DNA of 64,000 nt from an uncultured SAR116 cluster alpha proteobacterium (lineage in GTDB: Bacteria > Pseudomonadota > Alphaproteobacteria > Puniceispirillales > Marisalimonadaceae), in the NCBI GenBank assembly GCA_902619615.1, contig CACNFD010000004.1:51275-115274 (forward strand), given 5' to 3'. This document shows positions 19,846 to 28,959 of the stretch, in pieces. Below the pieces are notes generated by a model. The model had not been told where the DNA came from and made no database searches. It saw only the letters and a list, made by a program, of their open reading frames with translations. Every line of letters starts with the position of its first letter. The stretch's first letter is position 1. A program made the translations under genes and the position numbers.

Positions 19846-20967
19846 CTATTTAGATTGATATGCTTGTCGATCTATAGATACCGAGCTTACATAAATAAAT
19901 ACGTTATCATGTATTAATAATTGCTTATTTTTAAGATTATATGTCGTTATCCTTGCTCTAAGTTTTTGTTTTTTTCTATTATTTTTGAAATTTTTTAATT
20001 CAATTACTAATTCAGAGAATGCTGAGTTTTTTTCAATTTCAATCGAAGATATTAAACCTTGCAATTCGTTTTCAGTGATTTGTGTCTTTATGCGTGAAGA
20101 TGAAATAAGTATATCTCTAGACCTAATCCTAACTCTTACTATATCATTTAATTTACCTGGCAACCCTGGAACAACAAGCTTTTGTCCATTTAAATCAAGA
20201 GTTGTAATATGTAAGTTCTTATCATACCTAGAAACTATCCCCTCTAAAATGGAGCTTGACTCAAATTTGCCAGTCAGATCTACAAATGACCTTCTATTAA
20301 AGATATTTGAAACACTACCACTATCAATTTTCTTACCATTTTTTATTAATACGATTTGATCTCCAATTTGAGATATTTCTTCAATTGAGTGGGTAATATA
20401 TATAATTGGTATTTTAAATTTTTTATTAAAATCTTTTAAAAAAACTAATAGCTTAGCTTTGTATTTTATATCTAAATCTGACATAGGCTCGTCTAGAAGT
20501 AGATAATTAGGATGTTTTAGAATTGTTCTAGCAAGAACCACTCTTAATTTTTCACCTCCGGACAAATTCTCAGGTGACCTTTTTAAAAGAGAATTCAATT
20601 CAAGTTTATTAATTAAATATTCTTTACTTATTAAACTTTTATTTTGAGTGTTTAATTGATTCCTTTTTATAACAAAATCAAGGTTTTCTTCTACACTTAG
20701 GTGTTCAAATAATATTGGATTTTGAAACATTATTCCAAATGGCCTCTTATTAGGAGGATATTTATCTACGTTGTGAAGTTCATTTCCATTGAAGAGAATT
20801 CTAGTTTCTAAATTATTAATAAATCCACCTAATGCAGAAAAAATTGTGGTTTTTCCTGATCCATTTGGACCATATAAAATAGTTATCCCGTCATTTTTAA
20901 AATGATGCTCAAAATTTAAAAATAAATTTCCAATTTTACCATTTAACAAAACTGACAAATTTGACAT
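19846..20967 (-). CDS. modC: molybdate ABC transporter ATP-binding protein with C-terminal TOBE/Mop-like domain
   Basis: Walker A GPNGSGKTT, signature LSGGEKLRV, Walker B LLLDEP, plus a C-terminal extension of about 130 aa. Confidence 0.75.
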   Translation of the reverse strand: MSNLSVLLNGKIGNLFLNFEHHFKNDGITILYGPNGSGKTTIFSALGGFINNLETRILFNGNELHNVDKYPPNKRPFGIMFQNPILFEHLSVEENLDFVIKRNQLNTQNKSLISKEYLINKLELNSLLKRSPENLSGGEKLRVVLARTILKHPNYLLLDEPMSDLDIKYKAKLLVFLKDFNKKFKIPIIYITHSIEEISQIGDQIVLIKNGKKIDSGSVSNIFNRRSFVDLTGKFESSSILEGIVSRYDKNLHITTLDLNGQKLVVPGLPGKLNDIVRVRIRSRDILISSSRIKTQITENELQGLISSIEIEKNSAFSELVIELKNFKNNRKKQKLRARITTYNLKNKQLLIHDNVFIYVSSVSIDRQAYQSK

Positions 20968-21659
20968 TATTTAACTCTTACAACTGTTCTTTTGTTAAAA
21001 TAAAATAGAGTCAATAATATAATAAATGACAAAATTAACATTCCACCTGCTAAAATATGTGCATTGCCAAAGGATAATTGTTCTACATGATCATAAATCG
21101 AAATAGCAATTACTTTTGTTTTACCGTGAATGCCGCCTCCAACCATTAGAACAATTCCAAATTCACCTAAGGTGTGCGCAAATGATATTATTAAAGAAGT
21201 AAAAAATCCTCTTTTACATAAGGGTATTATCACATTAAAAAAAGTATCTAATGGACTAGCCCCTAAACTATAAGATGTCCTAATAGTATCTCTTCCTATT
21301 TTTTCAAATGAAGCTTGAAGAGGCTGAACCCAAAAAGGAAGAGAATAAATTATAGAAGCCATAACTAAACCGTAAAACGAAAAAATTAATTGTTCTCCCG
21401 TTAGTATTATAAAAATTTTTCCTAATGCAGTTTCAGGGCTAAAAATAATAATAAGATAAAAACCAATAACTGTAGGTGGTAACACAAGTGGTAACGTTAC
21501 AATTGTTTCAATAAATGGTTTGGTCTTTTTTGACTTAAATGCTAAAAAATACGCTAAAGGGGTGCCTATTAAAGCAAGTAAAAAACAAGTAACAATAGCT
21601 AACTTTAATGTAATTAAAATTGCAGTAAAATCTGAACTTAAATGTTGATAAATATCCAT
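20967..21659 (-). CDS. modB: molybdate ABC transporter permease
   Basis: 230 aa, about 5 TM, with a ModB/CysTW-type EAA loop region (SYSLGASPLDTFFNVIIP). Its stop overlaps the modC start by 1 nt. Confidence 0.75.
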   Translation of the reverse strand: MDIYQHLSSDFTAILITLKLAIVTCFLLALIGTPLAYFLAFKSKKTKPFIETIVTLPLVLPPTVIGFYLIIIFSPETALGKIFIILTGEQLIFSFYGLVMASIIYSLPFWVQPLQASFEKIGRDTIRTSYSLGASPLDTFFNVIIPLCKRGFFTSLIISFAHTLGEFGIVLMVGGGIHGKTKVIAISIYDHVEQLSFGNAHILAGGMLILSFIILLTLFYFNKRTVVRVK

Positions 21660-21732
21660 ATTAAAAGACTAACTAAATTTGGAATTGATTTTGAGTATTA
21701 TATCCTAACTAGATTATAATGGGGAATTATAA

Positions 21733-22620
21733 ATGTCATTTATAAAAACAGATGATAATGTAAAATTATTTTATGAGTCTACTGGTAAAGGTGAACCGAT
21801 AATATTTGTTCATGAATTTGCTGGTGATTACAGAAGTTGGGAACCACAAATTAATTATTTGTCTAGATATTATAAATGTATAACATTTTGTGCTAGAGGG
21901 TACCCACCATCTGAAGTTCCAGAAAATGAAAGCAGTTATAGCCAAGAAAGAGCATGGCGTGATATTTTGAGCGTAATGGATAATCTTCAAGTAGAGAAAG
22001 CACATATTGTTGGCTTATCCATGGGTGGATTTGCAACTCTTCATCTAGGGATAAATGCTCAAGATAGAGTTTTAAGTCTTGTAATAGCTGGTTGTGGATA
22101 TGGCGCCTTACCAATTGACAAAACTAATTTCAATAAAGAAGCAGACTTTTCTAATATTTCTTTGGATAGTGCAAAAATTATTTTAAATGAGGGAATGGAT
22201 AAATTTGGATCAGAATATGCCCTAGGTTCTTCTAGAGTCCAATTTCAAAATAAAGATCCAAAAGGTTGGCAACTATTTAATGACCAACTAATTAAACATG
22301 ATCCTATCGGCTCAGCTAATACTTTATTGGGTGTTCAAAATAAAAGACCTAATTTATATTCTTTAGAAAAAGAAATAAGTGGCATAACTTGTCCAACACT
22401 AATTATAAATGGTGATGAAGATGATATGTGTCTTGAAGTAGGTCTATATTTGAAAAGGTCTATTAAGACAGCTGGTTTGTTAATAGTTCCAAAAACAGGG
22501 CATACAATCAATTTAGAAGAACCAGATTTTTTTAATAATCATCTGCTTAAATTTTTTACTGCAGTAAATTCATCTTCGTGGGGTAGTAGAGATCATAGAG
22601 CAAAAATAATAAAATTCTAA
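21733..22620 (+). CDS. alpha/beta hydrolase
   Basis: Oxyanion region FVHEFAG, nucleophile elbow GLSMGG, and a C-terminal GH in PKTGHTINLE. Confidence 0.7.
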   Translation: MSFIKTDDNVKLFYESTGKGEPIIFVHEFAGDYRSWEPQINYLSRYYKCITFCARGYPPSEVPENESSYSQERAWRDILSVMDNLQVEKAHIVGLSMGGFATLHLGINAQDRVLSLVIAGCGYGALPIDKTNFNKEADFSNISLDSAKIILNEGMDKFGSEYALGSSRVQFQNKDPKGWQLFNDQLIKHDPIGSANTLLGVQNKRPNLYSLEKEISGITCPTLIINGDEDDMCLEVGLYLKRSIKTAGLLIVPKTGHTINLEEPDFFNNHLLKFFTAVNSSSWGSRDHRAKIIKF

Positions 22621-23102
22621 TCTCTAAAATTTTCATATTGTAATGGGTGCTTAATATTTAATTCTTTTATTAATTTTATTGCTGCTTGAAGATCATCCCT
22701 TTTTTTACCAGATACTCTTACTTCATCACCTTGAATAGACGTTTGTACTTTACTTTTTGAGGATTTAATTGCCTTAACTATCTTTTGGGCAACTTCTCTA
22801 TCAACACCTTGTTTGATTAGTACAATTTGTCTAATGGAATTACCTGATGCAGCTTCTGGTTTTTCAAATTCCAATGCGCCTGTGTCAACTTTTTTTCTAG
22901 TAAGGTGAGTAATAATAAGATCTTCAACTTGCTTTCTTTTCAAATCATCATCAGCTTTGATTATAATTTTATCTTCTTGCTGCTCTACCTCACACATGCT
23001 TCCTTTAAAATCATATCTAGTACTAATTTCTTTTTTTACACCATCTAAACCATTTTGAACTGAAGGCATATCTATTTTACTTACTATATCAAAGCTAGGC
23101 AT
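22617..23102 (-). CDS. yajQ: YajQ family nucleotide-binding protein
   Basis: Begins MPSFDIVSK and has the typical length of about 160 aa for UPF0234/YajQ. Confidence 0.85.
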   Translation of the reverse strand: MPSFDIVSKIDMPSVQNGLDGVKKEISTRYDFKGSMCEVEQQEDKIIIKADDDLKRKQVEDLIITHLTRKKVDTGALEFEKPEAASGNSIRQIVLIKQGVDREVAQKIVKAIKSSKSKVQTSIQGDEVRVSGKKRDDLQAAIKLIKELNIKHPLQYENFRD

Positions 23103-23241
23103 TTTTTAATCCCCATAAAGTATTATTCATTATCATAATATTAAATTTTTATTTCTCAAACAATCTAAATAAAAGTTGATAGAAATTCCTTAAAATTATA
23201 GATTATGTATTTATTAATACTAACTATAAATAAAGTTTTTA

Positions 23242-24039
23242 ATGGATATTATCTTTAAATTAATTTTACTGATACCTATAATTTTAAGTACAGTTTTTCT
23301 TTTTATAAATATTGGAATATGGACAATATTTCCATTCTGGATTTTATGTGGATTAATTGATGTCTCTAGACACAAAACAATGGATCTAAAATTAATTAAA
23401 GAATATTTCATAGGTAAAGGTTTTTTAACTTTTTTACTATCACCATTAAATCTTTTATCTGATCTTTTATCTCATAGAAATCTTCATACTTATAAAATTG
23501 AAGATCTTCCCCAAGGTCATCAAAATGAAATCAATGACGTTATTTCGCTATTTGACAAAAAATATAAAGAGATTGCAAAGAGATTCAAAGAAAATCCAAA
23601 TGATAATAGAACAATGTTATTTTATAAATGGTATGGATATGAACTGGATGATTCAATTGAAGAATTTAATAATGAATATAAATATATAAAAACTATTGGC
23701 GTTTCACTTTTTAGAGAGAAGACTTCAACGTCCAGACATTTTGGTCCTCTAAGAATGACTTATCGAATTTTGTATAATTTTAATAAAGTTAAAAAGGAAG
23801 GTTCTTTTATTGAAGCTGATGGTAGAATTCATAAGTGGAAGTCTGATCCATTGTTTATTTTTGATGATACATTAATACATCAAAGCTTTAACGAAGAAGA
23901 TGATTTAAGATTTTGTGCTTTTATTGATATTATTAGACCCTCTCATTTAGACAATATAATCAAACTAATTTTAAAATCTGTCGGTTTTTTATTAAAAAAT
24001 ACTAGAAGTATATTTTATAAAAACTGGAAAATGATATAA
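23242..24039 (+). CDS. aspartyl/asparaginyl beta-hydroxylase (LpxO-like) family protein, membrane anchored
   Basis: N-terminal TM helices. The C-terminal part LFIFDDTLIHQSFNEEDDLRFCAFIDIIRP resembles the Asp_Arg_Hydrox family core. Confidence 0.55.
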   Translation: MDIIFKLILLIPIILSTVFLFINIGIWTIFPFWILCGLIDVSRHKTMDLKLIKEYFIGKGFLTFLLSPLNLLSDLLSHRNLHTYKIEDLPQGHQNEINDVISLFDKKYKEIAKRFKENPNDNRTMLFYKWYGYELDDSIEEFNNEYKYIKTIGVSLFREKTSTSRHFGPLRMTYRILYNFNKVKKEGSFIEADGRIHKWKSDPLFIFDDTLIHQSFNEEDDLRFCAFIDIIRPSHLDNIIKLILKSVGFLLKNTRSIFYKNWKMI

Positions 24040-24042
24040 AAA

Positions 24043-25182
24043 CTATGCATTTGGCACTAGGATCTGTCTAACAACTTCACCCTTTGACAATTTATCAAAA
24101 CCTTCATTCAAGTTATCAAATGTAATTTTGCCATCTATAAGCTTATCTACTGGTAAACGTCCTTGTTTATATAAGTTTAAAAATCTAGGTACATCTCTTA
24201 CAGGAACACATGAACCCATATAGCTTCCTAAAATTGATTTTTCCTGTGCAACTAAATCACTATGATTAAAACTAAATTGAGTATTTATTGGCGATAAACC
24301 AGCAGTAACCACAGAACCCCCATATCTTATTATTTGATAAGCGGTATCCATGGCTTGTATTACCCCAGCTAGATCAATAGCATAGTCAACACCACCATTT
24401 GTTAAATCCCTTATTTCTTCAACCATATTATTGTTTCTACTATCAAAACAATGTGTTGCACCAAGTTCTTCTGCTCTACTAAATTTTGATGGATCAATAT
24501 CAACTGCAATTATAGTTTCAGCTCCTGCTAGCTTTGCACCAATTATACCATTTAGCCCTACACCTCCTAATCCAATAATTGCGACTGAATCTCCTGGTCT
24601 TATTCTAGCAGTATTAATTACAGCGCCGACACCAGTCATAACAGCACACCCAAAAAGAGCTGCATCTTCAATATTAAAGGCTTTATCAATTACAACTACA
24701 GATCCCCTATCAACTACATTATATTGAGACATACATGAAATCCCAGTATGGTGATTAAGCCTATTACCCTCCATATCTGTCAATCTGCTTCCACCTGACA
24801 TTAAATCACCTTTACCTTTTGTTGCAGCTGCGAGTTCACATACTTGAGGTCTTCCTTCAAGACATCTTCTACATCTTCCACAAGATGGTGAAAATTGAAA
24901 TGCAACATGATCTCCAACTTTTATGTCTTTTACAGCACTTCCCAACTCAACCACTTCACCAGAACCTTCATGGCCAATTACTAATGGCAAGGGCATTACT
25001 CTGGATCCATTTATAACTGATAAGTCAGAATGACAGAGACCAGCACCCATAACCTTCACAAGCACTTCATTTTCGAGAGGAGGTGATATATGGATTTCCT
25101 CAATAGATAGTGGCTTAGAGTCTTTATATGGGGCAATTAATTTATTATTTCTAATAACTGCAGCTTTACATTTAATTGACAT
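24043..25182 (-). CDS. Zn-dependent alcohol dehydrogenase (class III-like, 379 aa)
   Basis: Catalytic Zn ligands GLCHSDLS and GHEGSG, structural Zn loop CGRCRRCLEGRPQVC, Rossmann GLGGVG. Confidence 0.85.
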   Translation of the reverse strand: MSIKCKAAVIRNNKLIAPYKDSKPLSIEEIHISPPLENEVLVKVMGAGLCHSDLSVINGSRVMPLPLVIGHEGSGEVVELGSAVKDIKVGDHVAFQFSPSCGRCRRCLEGRPQVCELAAATKGKGDLMSGGSRLTDMEGNRLNHHTGISCMSQYNVVDRGSVVVIDKAFNIEDAALFGCAVMTGVGAVINTARIRPGDSVAIIGLGGVGLNGIIGAKLAGAETIIAVDIDPSKFSRAEELGATHCFDSRNNNMVEEIRDLTNGGVDYAIDLAGVIQAMDTAYQIIRYGGSVVTAGLSPINTQFSFNHSDLVAQEKSILGSYMGSCVPVRDVPRFLNLYKQGRLPVDKLIDGKITFDNLNEGFDKLSKGEVVRQILVPNA

Positions 25183-25542
25183 TTAAACACTCCTATTTTT
25201 AATATTTACCGGTTTCCCATGAGGTGTAGACAAATAAGCTTGAGTCCAGTCTTCTTTTAATAGCATCAAAGTATCTTTATTACTTACTTTTTTTATAATG
25301 AGGATTTCCTCAAGGGCATTTAACCAACAAGAAAAATAATCATTACTACCATCTAAGTTTTTTGTGAGTAATCTTTGTTTTTTTAGAGACTCTCCAAAAA
25401 CTTCTACAAACTCTTTCCAGCTGAAATTTCCTTTTTCTGACATTTGAACTGTAATGGCAAATAATTGACTATGCCAAGGATTTTGGAAAACAATTTGATC
25501 TTCAGTTTTATTTGTAAAAGGTAAATTATAATCAGATTTCAT
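25183..25542 (-). CDS. nitrile hydratase accessory (activator) protein
   Basis: 119 aa. VFQNPWHSQLFAITVQMSEKGNFSWKEF matches the beta-subunit-like NHase accessory family. It lies directly downstream of the NHase beta gene. Confidence 0.75.
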   Translation of the reverse strand: MKSDYNLPFTNKTEDQIVFQNPWHSQLFAITVQMSEKGNFSWKEFVEVFGESLKKQRLLTKNLDGSNDYFSCWLNALEEILIIKKVSNKDTLMLLKEDWTQAYLSTPHGKPVNIKNRSV

Positions 25543-25558
25543 TTTTATCTTTTTAAAA

Positions 25559-26299
25559 TTAATGTGGAAAAAGTTTTAGGTATGGTTCCCACAAGTCTAA
25601 GAGGATACCGTCATTTTCATTCTCGGCCAATTCTCCCCATATCTCTGAAGCCTTAAACTCTACAGTATACAATGGTAAGGGGTTCTCTCCTAAACTATGA
25701 GCATTTTTATCAGGAAAAACATGATTATTGTTGTAAGAATGAATAACACCCACCCTTCCCATAGCATATTTTGGCAAACGAGTGTGTCCACCACTAATAT
25801 CTTTATTTGGACTATAATTTTGTGTAATAACTTTGTCACCTATATCAAAAACTGGACTTATATTTATATCTCTAACAGATGGGCCTCCCCAACCTAGTGT
25901 TTTCTGGACATCTTTGGCTAACCAGGTTCTATGATCAAGTTTTATATCGTTATCAGAAAATTTTTTTAAAGTTCCATTCTCGGCGGCATAAACATAATCT
26001 TTTAATTCACTTATTGAAATAAGTTCTTTATCAATTAAAAGATTAGTAAGAGCTGCTAACCATTTTTCGTAATAAGAAAAATTTACATAATCTTTTGGCG
26101 GTAAACATTCTCTATAATGACGACTAATATCTAGATTCCATTCTCCTAATGCTCCAGCAGCTAGAGTAATCGCCCATGCTTTTGCATGCCATTCATATTT
26201 GAAGGTTGGTTCAAGGTTAATTACTTCATTTTTATCATCTCTTGGAATAGGAATTGATCCATCACCAAAACGACCACCCATGTCATGCAATCTGCTCAT
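25559..26299 (-). CDS. nthB: nitrile hydratase beta subunit
   Basis: Begins [12 protein letters not shown] and carries [12 protein letters not shown] and [10 protein letters not shown]. Its start overlaps the alpha stop (ATGA). Confidence 0.88.
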   Translation of the reverse strand: MSRLHDMGGRFGDGSIPIPRDDKNEVINLEPTFKYEWHAKAWAITLAAGALGEWNLDISRHYRECLPPKDYVNFSYYEKWLAALTNLLIDKELISISELKDYVYAAENGTLKKFSDNDIKLDHRTWLAKDVQKTLGWGGPSVRDINISPVFDIGDKVITQNYSPNKDISGGHTRLPKYAMGRVGVIHSYNNNHVFPDKNAHSLGENPLPLYTVEFKASEIWGELAENENDGILLDLWEPYLKLFPH

Positions 26300-26937
26300 T
26301 TTATTTCCTTTGGTAATCCAGTACCTATCATTGAATTTCTAGTAACTAATTCTGCAAGTTCACTTTCATTCATTTTTTCAGTACCTTTAGGCCTCATTGG
26401 TAATACCAAATATCTTATTTCAGCAGTTGAGTCCCATACCTTTATCTGAACTTTTGGATCTAATGATAAACCAAATTCTAAAAGAACTTTTCTAGGTTCT
26501 CTAACTGTTCTAGATCTATATTCATCACTTTTATACCAAGTTGGTGGAATGCCAAGGACTGGCCATGGATAACAACTACATAATGTACAGACTATTACAT
26601 TGTGAATTTCAGGTGTATTTTCTACTACAACCATATTTTCACCTTGTCTACCTTGGTAACTCAATTCTCTAATTGCTGAAGTAGCATCAGTCAAAAGTCT
26701 TTTTTTATATTCTGGATCTACCCACGCTTTAGCAACCACATTTGCACCATTTTTTGGGCCTATTCGATTTTCATAAGTATCAATCAATTCATCTAAAGTT
26801 TTAGAAACTATTAATCCTTTGTTTAAAAGTAAAGTCTCTAAGGCTTTTACTCTTAATTCAGGATCAGATGGTAAATGTGAATGAGCATGATCATCTGCAT
26901 GATGATGATCTTCAACTATATTTTTCTTTTCACTCAT
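26296..26937 (-). CDS. nthA: nitrile hydratase alpha subunit, cobalt type
   Basis: Metal claw [10 protein letters not shown], where Thr and Tyr mark the Co-type (Fe-type has S..T). RVKALETLL and [12 protein letters not shown] are also present. Confidence 0.9.
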   Translation of the reverse strand: MSEKKNIVEDHHHADDHAHSHLPSDPELRVKALETLLLNKGLIVSKTLDELIDTYENRIGPKNGANVVAKAWVDPEYKKRLLTDATSAIRELSYQGRQGENMVVVENTPEIHNVIVCTLCSCYPWPVLGIPPTWYKSDEYRSRTVREPRKVLLEFGLSLDPKVQIKVWDSTAEIRYLVLPMRPKGTEKMNESELAELVTRNSMIGTGLPKEIK

Positions 26938-26964
26938 AATTCAATCTCTTTTTTAATCATATTT

Positions 26965-28011
26965 CTAATCTGGAATTAAAACAATTCTACCATTAACTTT
27001 ACCTGATCTTAAATCAGACATTGCTTGATTTGCTGTCTCTAAACCTTGTTTTTTTACTGGTATTAGTTTTATTTTCCCAGATTTAATAATATTAACAAGT
27101 TCTTTTAATTCTCTTAACTCTCCTACATAAGAACCTCTAAGCGTCATTGATCTCATTGGTACCAATGGTAGTGATAGTTTTAGCGAGCCACCATATAAAC
27201 CTACCACTATTACCATTCCACCTTTTTTTACTAATGTTAGACCCAAGTCACTCGTTTCAGGTCTACCAACAAAATCTATAGCCGCAGAAGCTCCAATTCC
27301 AATTTTATTTCTAATTTCAGTTTCTTCGTCTGGTGAGAAAGCTTCATTTGCACCAGCCTCAATAGCTTTTTTCCTCTTCTCTGGATCATTGTCTATTACT
27401 AAAATTTTTGCTTGGTGTATTGCAGGTGATAATAAAATACCATTTATGCCAACACCACCTGCACCAATAATTATAATCCAATCATCTTTTGAAGTTGTAG
27501 GAATTTTTTTTAAAGCACTAAATGCAGTTAGACCTGAACATGCGTATGGTGCCGCTTGCGCAGGATCCATATCACCGTAAGAAACTATATATTTACTATG
27601 AGGTACAATTATATGATCAGAATAGCCTCCATCAAGACGAGCACCTAAATATTTAGGAGCCTCACATAATGTTTCATTATTTTCTAAACAAGCTGTACAT
27701 TTTCCACAACCAATCCACGGAAATACTATTCCAGCGTCACCTATTTTAATATCTTTTATATCCTCACCTAAAGCTACTACAGTTCCAGTAATCTCGTGTC
27801 CTGGGGTAAATGGTAATTTAGTGCCCCTGTCAGCCAAAGTTATTCTTTTTCCATCTCCTAAATCAAAATAACCATCTGCCAAATGAAGATCACTATGACA
27901 AACACCACAAGCTGTAATCTTTACAAGAACTTCATCTCCTTTAGGTTGTGGATTTTCATATTCCCTTAATTCTAAAGGTTCACCAAACTCAATAACCTGA
28001 TAACTCTTCAT
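26965..28011 (-). CDS. Zn-dependent alcohol dehydrogenase (348 aa)
   Basis: GVCHSDLH, GHEITG, structural Zn loop CGKCTACLENNETLC, Rossmann GAGGVG. Confidence 0.85.
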   Translation of the reverse strand: MKSYQVIEFGEPLELREYENPQPKGDEVLVKITACGVCHSDLHLADGYFDLGDGKRITLADRGTKLPFTPGHEITGTVVALGEDIKDIKIGDAGIVFPWIGCGKCTACLENNETLCEAPKYLGARLDGGYSDHIIVPHSKYIVSYGDMDPAQAAPYACSGLTAFSALKKIPTTSKDDWIIIIGAGGVGINGILLSPAIHQAKILVIDNDPEKRKKAIEAGANEAFSPDEETEIRNKIGIGASAAIDFVGRPETSDLGLTLVKKGGMVIVVGLYGGSLKLSLPLVPMRSMTLRGSYVGELRELKELVNIIKSGKIKLIPVKKQGLETANQAMSDLRSGKVNGRIVLIPD

Positions 28012-28038
28012 TATAGAATTCTCCCCATCTAAAAATTA

Positions 28039-28911
28039 TCAACTTCTTTTTGAAGTTTCGTACTTGCTTGATATTTCATAATAATCATCAAATCCAATTT
28101 TTTGTCTTAAATCATTAAAATCTAGTAATAACTCGGATCTATCTTCATCTTTAATTAGTAAATTTAATGAGTTTATCATTGCTTTCATTGCTGAACTCAT
28201 AATGGTAAGTGGATAAACGGCAAGTTTATAACCAATTTCTGTCAATTCTTCCATGGATAAATTTGGTGTAATACCTCCCTCAACAATGTTAGCTATTTTA
28301 ACACCAGGAATTTCTTTACATATTGTTCTCATTTCTTCTTTGTTTTTTGGAGCCTCAACAAACATGATATCTGCCCCAAGTTCATAAAATTTTTGTGATC
28401 TTAATATTGCCTCACTCAGACCATGAGTATGATTGGCATCTGTTCTGGCCATAATTAAAATATCATAACCTTCATTTCTCATATCAGTAGCTGCTCTTAT
28501 TCTATCAAATGCCTCCTCACGATTTACCACATCCTTTCCTGGAGTGTGACCACAACGCTTGGGCGCTAATTGATCTTCAATCAATATGCCAGCACAACCT
28601 GCCTTGGCACATTCTTTCAATGTTCTACGAACGTTCATGGCATTTCCATAACCAGTGTCCCCATCTACTATCATTGGTATATCAATTGCGTTACAAATAT
28701 TGTTTGCTTGGTCAAAAACTTCTGAGAAGGTCATAAGCCCAAGATCTGGAGATCCTATCCTAGAGGCGGACGCAGCAAAACCTGACATAAAGGTTACATC
28801 AAAATTTGCTTGTTGTATTAATTTTGCAGATAAAGCATCAAAACAAGACGGTATTGGAATAAAAGGTTTTTCTTTTAAAATCTTTCTTAAATTATCAGGC
28901 TTACTTATCAT
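28039..28911 (-). CDS. isocitrate lyase/PEP mutase superfamily enzyme (methylisocitrate-lyase / oxaloacetate-decarboxylase-like)
   Basis: DGDTGYGN and IEDQLAPKRCGH (the lyase-type K-R-C-G-H loop). Confidence 0.8.
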   Translation of the reverse strand: MISKPDNLRKILKEKPFIPIPSCFDALSAKLIQQANFDVTFMSGFAASASRIGSPDLGLMTFSEVFDQANNICNAIDIPMIVDGDTGYGNAMNVRRTLKECAKAGCAGILIEDQLAPKRCGHTPGKDVVNREEAFDRIRAATDMRNEGYDILIMARTDANHTHGLSEAILRSQKFYELGADIMFVEAPKNKEEMRTICKEIPGVKIANIVEGGITPNLSMEELTEIGYKLAVYPLTIMSSAMKAMINSLNLLIKDEDRSELLLDFNDLRQKIGFDDYYEISSKYETSKRS

Positions 28912-28959
28912 TTTATTTCTTTATATATAAGTCCTATAAATCTTAGTATTAAGAATTAC

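Noticed and set aside
25559-26937. The NHase-like genes could encode thiocyanate hydrolase or a toyocamycin-type three-subunit nitrile hydratase.
   Set aside because: The beta subunit is a single full-length 246-aa protein rather than two split polypeptides, and it is followed by a typical small accessory protein. Specificity still needs experimental testing.
28039-28911. The PEP-mutase-family protein, the ThDP enzyme and the nearby aminotransferase read as a phosphonate (2-AEP) biosynthesis trio.
   Set aside because: The active-site loop reads EDQLAPKRCGH, the methylisocitrate-lyase/oxaloacetate-decarboxylase type. It is not the EDK..K.NS-type loop I associate with true PEP mutases. The ThDP enzyme is AceE-like, not a phosphonopyruvate decarboxylase. 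The aminotransferase is in a different transcription unit.
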